Positions 1-7,733 of a stretch of DNA of 26,483 nt are shown one piece after another (within the stretch, counting starts at the first letter, position 1; each line of letters begins with the position of its first letter). This DNA comes from a virus (Duplodnaviria > Caudoviricetes). The stretch lies in IMG/VR virus record IMGVR_UViG_3300020411_000897, positions 1 through 26,483 of that record; one strand, given 5' to 3'. A program made the translations under genes and the position numbers. The notes under the pieces were generated by a model. The model saw only the letters and a program-made list of their open reading frames with translations, searched no databases and was not told the origin of the DNA.

Positions 1-1
1 A

Positions 2-1132
2 GCAATTCTTGCTTTGCGCGAACTAAGAGACATGCTAAGAGGAGTCCATGATGGATCTGTTTCAGTTAAATGGGATGGCGCCCCTGCTATTTTTTGCGGC
101 ACTGATCCTACTGACGGTAAATTCTTTGTTGCAAAGAAAGGTATCTTTAATCAATCGCCAAAGGTTTACAAAACTAATAACGATATTGATAATGATACTT
201 CTGGTGATCTCAGTGCTAAATTAAAATTAGCATTAAGATATTGTGCTACGTTAGGTATTAAAGATGTTATCCAAGGAGATTTTTTATTCAGTCCTGGAGA
301 CGTTAAAACAGAAGTTATAAAAGGTGAAAAGATGATAACCTTTCACCCTAATACAATTGTGTATGCAGTTCCAGCTAATTCAGCAGCTGCAAAGGAAATA
401 AAATCTGCTAAGATTGGAGTAGTATGGCATACAACATATACTGGAAATACATTTGAAAGTATGAAAGCATCGTATGGAGTAAACGTAAAGGCATTAAAAA
501 AGTCTAAGCATGTATGGCAACAAGATGCGATGCTAAGAGATTTAACAAAAATTACAATGACAAAAAAAGATACGGAGATGGTCAATGAATATCTTAGCCA
601 AGCTGGGTTCTTGTTTAACAAGATCGCCGGTTCAACACTTAGACAACTCGAACAAAATGAAGAGCTACAGAGGCTCATTGAAACATACGGAAACACCTTT
701 GTGCGAAAAGGCCAAGTCATTGGAGATACAGGAAGACATGTATCTGGCCTCATTAGGTGGATTCAAAACAAACACAAAGCAGAACTTGACAAACTCAAGA
801 CAGAGAGAGGTAAGACAAATAAAAGAGTAAAACAAGATATAATAATGTCTTTCTTTTCTTTAAAGAATAAGGCTTCATTAAAATATATGTTTGATTTACA
901 GAAAGTTATTGTTCTTGCGAAATTAAAACTTATAAATACTCTTAATAAAATAGGTAATGTTAAAACTTTTGTTAAGACTCGTAATGGATTTAAAGTAACT
1001 GGAGCCGAAGGCTTCGTTGCAATTGATAAACTTGGTGGTGACGCGGTGAAAATTGTTGATCGTATGGAGTTCTCATACAACAACTTTTCACCAGATATCT
1101 TAAAGGGATGGGACAAACCGGGAAGAAACTAA
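2..1132 (+). CDS. 5'-truncated conserved phage protein with ligase/covalent nucleotidyltransferase-like motifs (DUF6267-like)
   Basis: The frame is open from base 2, so the true start lies upstream. Motifs SVKWDG (KxDG), QGDFLF, EGFV and KIVDR occur in ligase motif I/III/IV/V order. Confidence 0.6.
   Translation, partial: AILALRELRDMLRGVHDGSVSVKWDGAPAIFCGTDPTDGKFFVAKKGIFNQSPKVYKTNNDIDNDTSGDLSAKLKLALRYCATLGIKDVIQGDFLFSPGDVKTEVIKGEKMITFHPNTIVYAVPANSAAAKEIKSAKIGVVWHTTYTGNTFESMKASYGVNVKALKKSKHVWQQDAMLRDLTKITMTKKDTEMVNEYLSQAGFLFNKIAGSTLRQLEQNEELQRLIETYGNTFVRKGQVIGDTGRHVSGLIRWIQNKHKAELDKLKTERGKTNKRVKQDIIMSFFSLKNKASLKYMFDLQKVIVLAKLKLINTLNKIGNVKTFVKTRNGFKVTGAEGFVAIDKLGGDAVKIVDRMEFSYNNFSPDILKGWDKPGRN
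931..938 (+). promoter_or_regulatory. Putative T4-type late promoter TATAAATA
   Basis: Exact gp55 consensus about 200 nt upstream of the 1134 gene. It lies inside a CDS in AT-rich DNA, so it could be a chance match. Confidence 0.35.
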
Positions 1133-1133
1133 T

Positions 1134-1652
1134 ATGGCAGTAAAATTTAAAGACTTTTTAAATGTTGACTATACTGGAACAAAGGATGGTCAATTAGCTA
1201 AGAACGCCAAAAAGCGTAAGAAAGACTCTGGAGAAGCAACTACAGAGGAAATAAACAAATGTAATTGTGAATCAAATTGTCCTTGCGAAGGAAAATGTGG
1301 TGACAATTGCAATTGTGGACCTGATTGCGCAAACGTATCTGAAGCTTTAACTATGGCTCAGCGAAGAGCTAAATCACGTGTTATGAAAAAGTATAAAGCA
1401 CGTTTAGCCGTAGGTAGAAAGAAAGCAGCTGTTAAAGCACCTAATGCTAAAGTAGTAGCCAGAAGGGCTCGAAAAGCAGCTAGGAATGCTATAGCAAAGA
1501 AATTAACTAAAGGTATTAATAAAGCAGATCTCACTCCCGCACGTAAGGCAGAAATAGAAAAGCGTCTAGATAAGATGGCTCCTAGAGTAACCCGCCTTGC
1601 AAAGAAGATGCAACCAGGTATTAGAAAAGCAGCTTTAGCAAGACGTAAATAA
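1134..1652 (+). CDS. Basic putative internal virion protein with a Cys-rich metallothionein-like insert
   Basis: N-terminus MAVKFKDFL, an 8-Cys segment CNCESNCPCEGKCGDNCNCGPDC, and a Lys/Arg/Ala-rich C-terminal ~100 aa. Confidence 0.65.
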   Translation: MAVKFKDFLNVDYTGTKDGQLAKNAKKRKKDSGEATTEEINKCNCESNCPCEGKCGDNCNCGPDCANVSEALTMAQRRAKSRVMKKYKARLAVGRKKAAVKAPNAKVVARRARKAARNAIAKKLTKGINKADLTPARKAEIEKRLDKMAPRVTRLAKKMQPGIRKAALARRK

Positions 1653-1667
1653 GCGGGAAAGTGTTTT

Positions 1668-3119
1668 ATGATTAACAGATTTAGCGAATTTCTTGTCGAG
1701 GAAGAAAAGACCGTATTCTTTACATTTGGTCGTATGAATCCTCCGACTATTGGTCATGGTAAATTATTAGATAAACTAGCTAGTAAAGCAGGCCGCAATT
1801 CTTATAAAATTTATCTTTCACAATCACAAGATAAAAATAAAAACCCTCTACACTACAAAGATAAGATTAAGCATGTTAGGAAAATGTTTCCGAAGCATGC
1901 TCGATCTGTTATAATCAATTCAAAAGTAAGAACAGCTATTGAAGTTCTTACTGCATTATATAATGAGGGTTATAAAAGAGCTACAATGGTTGTGGGATCA
2001 GATAGAGTAAATGAATTTGATATATTAATGAACAAGTATAATGGTAAAAAATCAAGACATGGTTTTTATAACTTTGAGAAAATAATGGTAATATCAGCAG
2101 GAGAAAGAGATCCAGATTCTGAAGGAGCATCAGGTGCTTCTGCTACTAAGCAAAGACAATCCGCAAAAGATAATAACTTTACATCCTTTGCTCAAGGATT
2201 ACCCAATGCTGTTTCGAATGCTAATGCTAAACAATTGTTTAATGCTGTTCGAAAAGGTATGGGATTAAAAGAACAAGCTGATTTTAAAAATCATATACAA
2301 TTAGATAAAGTATCAGACCGAAGGGAAGCATTTATAAAAGGTAACTTATTTGAAACTGGAGAACAGGTAATAATTAAAAAGACTAATGAAGTTGGGACTA
2401 TTACTATTCTTGGTTCGAATTATGTTATCGTTGAAACGTCTAATAACAAATCGAGACAATGGTTAGACGCTGTCGAAAAGATAGAGGAGAAAAAACTAAC
2501 ACCTAATGAAAAAAAGAAGAGGGAAGAAGTTGCCAAAGCTATTCACAGAGACGACCCAACCATGCCTATGGACAAGAAAATGGCTATTGCCACCTCAGTA
2601 GCCAAAAAGGCTGTAGAAGAAACCCAATATAATGAAAATGTTCGAGATACGGTCCAAGCAACAAAATTACTCGTGAAATTTTATAAAACAAGAAAAGATG
2701 AAGATGCATTTAAAGCAATAAAGTTTGGTTGGTCATATATCCAAAATCCACAATGGCGTAAAGCAATAGTTATTTTAGTAAAAAATATTGCAAGAATGCA
2801 TGGTCACAGAGATTGGAAAGGAACTGTGGAGTATATAAGAAAAAATACAGGAGTGGATATTTCAAACTATCGTCAAGATTGGAATCGAGTAAAGGGTGGT
2901 TATACCTTTACTAAATTTATTCCAGAAGAATCTACTGATAGATGGTATAAGAATCAACCTGAATGGGGAACAGATGAATCTACGGCTAAAGCTAAAACAA
3001 TAACACCAGGTGAAAAAGGCCTTGAAAGAGCCTCTAAAGTTATGAGAAATAGATTAGTTAAAAAGCGTAAGCAATCAGAATCTACAAAATTTACAAAGTT
3101 AATCCGGGAATCTTTATAA
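1668..3119 (+). CDS. Cytidyltransferase-like (HxGH nucleotidyltransferase) protein of T4-like phages with modular C-terminal extensions
   Basis: Motifs FTFGRMNPPTIGH, MVVGSDRV and SAGERDPD..SATKQR. These are followed by an SH3/KOW-like segment (FETGEQVII..GSNYVIV) and further Glu-delimited modules. Confidence 0.85.
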   Translation: MINRFSEFLVEEEKTVFFTFGRMNPPTIGHGKLLDKLASKAGRNSYKIYLSQSQDKNKNPLHYKDKIKHVRKMFPKHARSVIINSKVRTAIEVLTALYNEGYKRATMVVGSDRVNEFDILMNKYNGKKSRHGFYNFEKIMVISAGERDPDSEGASGASATKQRQSAKDNNFTSFAQGLPNAVSNANAKQLFNAVRKGMGLKEQADFKNHIQLDKVSDRREAFIKGNLFETGEQVIIKKTNEVGTITILGSNYVIVETSNNKSRQWLDAVEKIEEKKLTPNEKKKREEVAKAIHRDDPTMPMDKKMAIATSVAKKAVEETQYNENVRDTVQATKLLVKFYKTRKDEDAFKAIKFGWSYIQNPQWRKAIVILVKNIARMHGHRDWKGTVEYIRKNTGVDISNYRQDWNRVKGGYTFTKFIPEESTDRWYKNQPEWGTDESTAKAKTITPGEKGLERASKVMRNRLVKKRKQSESTKFTKLIRESL

Positions 3120-3718
3120 TGGCAGAAATACATCAACATTTCGATCAGGAAACTATCAGAGAAAAATATTATATTTATTTTAATATGTTTGACCCTATTC
3201 CCAAAGATGTAAGTGAGGGTACTAAAAAATATAGAATGAAGAATAGAAAACTTGAAGTATTAAATATATTTTATTTCTTATTAAATATGACAGATGAAGA
3301 CTTTGAAAATCTTAACATCATTGCCAGAGATGAACATTGGTATCCATTACCACCTGAAACTGATGGCAGTAATGTAAGAATTCGAATAAGAAAATCAAAT
3401 TATTTAAGAAAGGCTCTAAAGTCCGTGAAGCCACATTTAAAAGATAAGTTTCATAAAACACTTAGATATACTCCTGAATTAGATCCTGATGTAGTAAAAA
3501 GATTATGGTTTAAACCTACATATGGAGAATACGAAATTTGTAATGATAAAGATTATGATGCGATACACGGACCAGGTGCAGGAGTATTAAAATATGAATC
3601 TGAAGAACGATTAGAAGCTATTGTAAAAAATATTAAGCATCCATATTATAAGGTTGCTAAAACGATGCTTAAAGATTATTATCATGGAACAGGTTTAAAA
3701 AGGGAGGCAGTTATATGA
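3119..3718 (+). CDS. Hypothetical protein
   Basis: 199-aa ORF coupled by a TAATG overlap. No motif recognised. Confidence 0.7.
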   Translation: MAEIHQHFDQETIREKYYIYFNMFDPIPKDVSEGTKKYRMKNRKLEVLNIFYFLLNMTDEDFENLNIIARDEHWYPLPPETDGSNVRIRIRKSNYLRKALKSVKPHLKDKFHKTLRYTPELDPDVVKRLWFKPTYGEYEICNDKDYDAIHGPGAGVLKYESEERLEAIVKNIKHPYYKVAKTMLKDYYHGTGLKREAVI

Positions 3719-3849
3719 AAGAACAAGTTTCAAAGCTCGATAGAATTAAAAGAATGATCAATAAAGAAAAAGAACGTGATGCTACTAAGCATATGAATAT
3801 GAAGAAGCGAGCAAAAATATCAGATATTAGAAATTCTAAAACCAGATAA
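3715..3849 (+). CDS. Small basic protein (44 aa), not in the ORF track
   Basis: ATGA overlap with the upstream stop and a GGGAGG RBS. Translates as MKEQVSKLDRIKRMINKEKERDATKHMNMKKRAKISDIRNSKTR. Confidence 0.7.
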   Translation: MKEQVSKLDRIKRMINKEKERDATKHMNMKKRAKISDIRNSKTR

Positions 3850-3852
3850 ATA
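3845..3852 (+). promoter_or_regulatory. Putative T4-type late promoter (GATAAATA)
   Basis: 7/8 match to TATAAATA, immediately before the 3864 start. Confidence 0.5.
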
Positions 3853-3863
3853 TAGGTTAGTAG

Positions 3864-4181
3864 ATGGCCCAGCCAGAGTTAAAATTAAATACAGGAATTA
3901 AGCAGACCATGAGTATGGAAAAACGTCTAGATAAAATAGAGTCAAAGATAGATAAGTTAGCCGATGCCATGGTTTCAATAGCTCGGGCTGAGGAAAAATT
4001 ACATGTAATGGAAGAAAAATATAACCATTCATATGATAGAATGAACCGATTCAGTCAAAAACTGGATGATATAGAAAATAAAGTAACCACCAACGCTCAA
4101 ACGGTTGGCGTAATCAATAAGCTGTTCTGGGTAGCTATCATAGCTGCAGCTGGAGCATACGCAGCCCAACTTTGGATGTAA
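3864..4181 (+). CDS. Coiled-coil protein with C-terminal transmembrane helix (XhlA-like architecture)
   Basis: Heptad-rich RLDKIESKIDKLAD region followed by hydrophobic LFWVAIIAAAGAYAAQLWM. Confidence 0.65.
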   Translation: MAQPELKLNTGIKQTMSMEKRLDKIESKIDKLADAMVSIARAEEKLHVMEEKYNHSYDRMNRFSQKLDDIENKVTTNAQTVGVINKLFWVAIIAAAGAYAAQLWM

Positions 4182-4193
4182 AGGAGACAAAAC

Positions 4194-4751
4194 ATGAGCA
4201 ATGAAATCATGCGTAAGTTGGCTGACGCTTATAAACAAGTCAACGAAAAGAAGAAAAAACTTGATCCTGTAGATAAGGACGAGTTAAAAGGATCTCATGC
4301 CGATCGTGACGATAAAGATATTGATAATGACGGTGATGCTGATAGCTCTGATGAGTTTCTTCATAAGAAAAGAAAAGCTATTTCTAAAAATATGAAGAAA
4401 AAAGGTAAAAAAGGTGATGAAGAAGTAGTTATGAATCCTAAAATTGGTAAAGAAGACGCTAAAAAAACCGATGCTATGGAAGAAACATTACCACCTGTTT
4501 ATGCTAGAATTCTAGAGAAAAGAAAGCATGGTAAAGAAGGCACTCCACCAGAAGATTGGAATGAAAAGGAAAAAAATAATAAAGGGGCTATGGATATGAA
4601 AGCTGATATGAAAGCTGGGAATCCTATTATAGTTGATAACCCTGAATCTAAAAAGATTGAAAGTCCAAGTAAAAAAGCTCCTTTGAGAAAGGGAGATAAT
4701 CCACAATCTGATAAAATACAAATCCCAGCTGATACTACAAAAGCTGGATAA
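4194..4751 (+). CDS. Highly charged putative internal virion protein with a DxDxDG loop
   Basis: AAGGAG RBS, DIDNDGDADSSD motif and Lys/Asp/Glu-rich low complexity. Confidence 0.65.
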   Translation: MSNEIMRKLADAYKQVNEKKKKLDPVDKDELKGSHADRDDKDIDNDGDADSSDEFLHKKRKAISKNMKKKGKKGDEEVVMNPKIGKEDAKKTDAMEETLPPVYARILEKRKHGKEGTPPEDWNEKEKNNKGAMDMKADMKAGNPIIVDNPESKKIESPSKKAPLRKGDNPQSDKIQIPADTTKAG

Positions 4752-4768
4752 GAAAGGATAGAATAATT

Positions 4769-5116
4769 ATGGCTATAAAACCCCCTGCATGGTGCAGCTT
4801 CGCAGTTCCTACTCAAAGAGGATGGGAAGACCCTCATAGTGGTGAATTATTAGTTTCGTCTAGACATAGTCAAGATCAAATAAATGAATGGCATGGCATA
4901 CCTACTTCTACGCCTATGAAAGAAGCAGCTGCTGTCGAACCTGAATTATTGATAGAAGAAGGTGAAGATGATGATTTAGGATCTATGGGCCCTGACTTAG
5001 AAAATATGACTAAAAAAGAATTAGAGGCTCTAGGTAGAGAACATGGCGTTGAGTTAGATAGACGCAAATCTAAAGTAGATTTAGTTGAGGAACTTAGAGA
5101 ATTAGGTATTGATTAA
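4769..5116 (+). CDS. Protein with C-terminal helix-extension-helix (Rho-N/SAP/HeH-like) domain
   Basis: C-terminal LENMTKKELEALGREHGVELDRRKSKVDLVEEL pattern. Confidence 0.6.
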   Translation: MAIKPPAWCSFAVPTQRGWEDPHSGELLVSSRHSQDQINEWHGIPTSTPMKEAAAVEPELLIEEGEDDDLGSMGPDLENMTKKELEALGREHGVELDRRKSKVDLVEELRELGID

Positions 5117-5120
5117 ACTG

Positions 5121-5128
5121 TCTAAATA
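5121..5128 (+). promoter_or_regulatory. Putative T4-type late promoter (TCTAAATA)
   Basis: 7/8 match in the short intergenic gap before 5153. Confidence 0.45.
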
Positions 5129-5152
5129 AAGTAAAATACTTTAGGATGACAA

Positions 5153-5521
5153 ATGCAATTATTTGATACTTTAACTGACGAAAATTTATTATTATATGCT
5201 GCGAAAAATTATTATAAACCTAATTGCGTTGACGCAGAAGAATTTTATAATGATATGAAACGATTTATGTACCTAAAAAGATTATTCAATAGGTATGATA
5301 AAACAGGTGAATTATCTGAAAGACTTATATTAAATCATTTAATAGTTATATTTAATGTATTTGATATCAAACCGAGTCTTAAGATGTTAGAGTATCATAT
5401 AGACAATAGGTATTGGTATATTTTAAAACCATTTTTGATCTATTTAAAATATATTAAAAATGAGGAATATACTAACATAGAAATGGATAAAGAAGTTGTA
5501 AGCAGATTAAGGAAAATTTAA
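5153..5521 (+). CDS. Conserved hypothetical protein of T4-like phages
   Basis: The pattern EEFYNDMKRFMYLKRLF..ERLILNHLIVIFNVF is recalled from marine T4-like phages (not searched). Confidence 0.7.
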   Translation: MQLFDTLTDENLLLYAAKNYYKPNCVDAEEFYNDMKRFMYLKRLFNRYDKTGELSERLILNHLIVIFNVFDIKPSLKMLEYHIDNRYWYILKPFLIYLKYIKNEEYTNIEMDKEVVSRLRKI

Positions 5522-6121
5522 ATGGGTATATTAAAACGCGCAGGTGATCTAGTATATACCTTTCGCTTTCTTCGATTGCTAACAACGCCCTTTGAAGAGA
5601 CTGAAGCTTTTAAAAAGGGTATAATAGATAAAGATGGAAAAAGGAGAAAAGAATTTACATTAAATACTATGGATAACAGAGATGCTTACGGTGATTATTA
5701 TACTCCGTTTCATAGATTAGTATTTAATATAAAAAAGATAATGGCTAAAGCTCCAGGCGGTGGTTCTAGGCTCGCTTCATATGCTGCAGCACTATATCTT
5801 TTAAAAGAACAATTTGGCATATCTGATACAAAGATTAAACAAGGTATGTCAGAATTAGGAATAGATCCATTAGATTTTTTAGAAGAAAAGTCTAGTTGGT
5901 TTATATTAGAGAATGATAAATTGGCACCGGGAACTTATAAAGTATTAGAAAGTAAACTATTGAATTCGACATTAGATGAAATTGTAAGACCAAGAGATAG
6001 AATTCGTATCGATGAAGATTGTTTTCCAATAAGTGATGTTTTTGGGTTAAATATATATAAAGCGACGCATATTAAAACAAATCAACCTGTTTATGTTACT
6101 GTAGGAGAATTAGCAAGATGA
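5522..6121 (+). CDS. Conserved hypothetical (probably virion-associated) protein of T4-like phages
   Basis: The pattern FRFLRLLTTPF..GIIDKDG..YTPFHRLVFNIKK is recalled from T4-like phages (not searched). Confidence 0.65.
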   Translation: MGILKRAGDLVYTFRFLRLLTTPFEETEAFKKGIIDKDGKRRKEFTLNTMDNRDAYGDYYTPFHRLVFNIKKIMAKAPGGGSRLASYAAALYLLKEQFGISDTKIKQGMSELGIDPLDFLEEKSSWFILENDKLAPGTYKVLESKLLNSTLDEIVRPRDRIRIDEDCFPISDVFGLNIYKATHIKTNQPVYVTVGELAR

Positions 6122-7461
6122 AACAGTTTAAATCTTATGTAGAAGACGTTAGAGATCTACCTAAAGATAAGAGACGGGCGTTACAAAAAGCTGCTTCAAC
6201 GGCTTCTAAAAAAGTAACATTAGCCGGTCCTGGTGGATCAAAAATTACAATGAAAAAAGACGGAGAGTCTTGGAAAAAACAAGAAGAAGGTACCGGTCTT
6301 TCAAGAGATACATTATCTAGTTATTCAGCCAAAGCTTCTGATGCAAGGCTTCATAAAAAACTTCCAATTAAAAAAGTTGATAATAGATATGCTGGAGTTG
6401 CAAAGGCTTCAAAACATCTAGATGACTATAATAGTGGTAAGATAAAAGCCAAAGAAGGTAAAGCATATGGTCCAACTGGATTAAGTTATTATGTACCATC
6501 TGGTCATAAGGATGAAGTAGATCCTAAAACTGGACGAAAGAAATCTGAAATGACACCGTTAGCTAAAAGAAAACAACAGGCTATTTTGAGGAAAAAACCT
6601 AATCCTGTTAATGTTTCTAGCGCGGGTATAAAGAAGGCGGCAAAAGATGTTGTAAGCCAAAAAGAATCTATGGAAGATGAACATTTAAAGAACGCCCAAG
6701 CTGCCTATGATAAGTATAAAGGCTCACTTGGTAATATTTTTAAAAAGCATGGATTTAAAAGACCTACTAAGGCTTCTCAAAATAGACAAAAAGAATTATC
6801 TAAAAAAGACCATAATAAACTAAAAAAATTAAAAGTTAAAATGGGTGAAGAGTGGAGACATAATGAATTAAAACTCTTAGAAGATCTTAAAGCATTAACT
6901 AAGAAACATAATATTCGAAATACTACTGAAGATGAAGAAGAATATATTAAACATGAAGGTCCAGATCATCATAAAGAAATGATGAAGCATCATCAAAATG
7001 CATCGAATACGCATCAAGAAAATGGTCAAGATAAAGCTGCTAATGCACATGCAGCTGCTGCAGACGCACACCACAAAGCTATGAAAGCTTATGGTAAAGT
7101 AAATCATTCTAGTACAGAATTTACTAAACATGATGAACATGCAATGGATGCAGGAGAAGCCGCACATGATCACACAGCAAGAGCTATAAGAAGTTCTAAA
7201 GTGGCTTCAAAGGTATCAGAAGATTTATCTGAAGCAACTGAATTTGGCCAGACACGATGGGTTGCCGTAAATAGATTTGCTGGTAATAAACAAATGGGTA
7301 CTGGTGTTCAAATGACGGGTTTAAATGGTCAGGGTAGGTCTACTATGGATCTCTTAAAGCAAAAAGGTGCTTACTGTCAATTCCCGGTAAAAGATATTCC
7401 TAAAGTTATTAAAATGCTCCAAAAAGTATATTCAGATAAAGCTAAACCTGAAGATGAATAA
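6118..7461 (+). CDS. Modular Lys/His-rich putative internal head polyprotein
   Basis: N-terminus MKQFKSYVE resembles T4 IP capsid-targeting peptides. Basic modules are separated by Glu motifs, with a His-rich segment at 6952-7173. Confidence 0.65.
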   Translation: MKQFKSYVEDVRDLPKDKRRALQKAASTASKKVTLAGPGGSKITMKKDGESWKKQEEGTGLSRDTLSSYSAKASDARLHKKLPIKKVDNRYAGVAKASKHLDDYNSGKIKAKEGKAYGPTGLSYYVPSGHKDEVDPKTGRKKSEMTPLAKRKQQAILRKKPNPVNVSSAGIKKAAKDVVSQKESMEDEHLKNAQAAYDKYKGSLGNIFKKHGFKRPTKASQNRQKELSKKDHNKLKKLKVKMGEEWRHNELKLLEDLKALTKKHNIRNTTEDEEEYIKHEGPDHHKEMMKHHQNASNTHQENGQDKAANAHAAAADAHHKAMKAYGKVNHSSTEFTKHDEHAMDAGEAAHDHTARAIRSSKVASKVSEDLSEATEFGQTRWVAVNRFAGNKQMGTGVQMTGLNGQGRSTMDLLKQKGAYCQFPVKDIPKVIKMLQKVYSDKAKPEDE

Positions 7462-7464
7462 ATA
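7457..7464 (+). promoter_or_regulatory. Putative T4-type late promoter (AATAAATA)
   Basis: 7/8 match overlapping the upstream stop codon and followed by an AGGAGG RBS. Confidence 0.45.
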
Positions 7465-7493
7465 ATAGATACGGAAGTATAATAGGAGGAATA

Positions 7494-7733
7494 ATGGAAA
7501 CATTAACCACAATTAAAAAATGGGCATCATCACTGGCTGAAGTCGGCGTAAGTCTTGCTGCTCTAGCAATCATCATAGAAGTTCTAGGGCTAGGTAATAT
7601 GCCTTTTATGCCTCAAGGATTAAGTGTAGTTGATAATGTCTCTGCGATGCTAGCAAGCCTAGGATCTCAAGGTATTATGGGATTAATTGCTGTATGGGTC
7701 TTATGGGCTATATGGCAGAGAAAGGATGCTTAA
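7494..7733 (+). CDS. Small membrane protein (about 2 TM helices)
   Basis: Strong AGGAGG RBS, two hydrophobic stretches and a basic C-terminal tail. Confidence 0.75.
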   Translation: METLTTIKKWASSLAEVGVSLAALAIIIEVLGLGNMPFMPQGLSVVDNVSAMLASLGSQGIMGLIAVWVLWAIWQRKDA

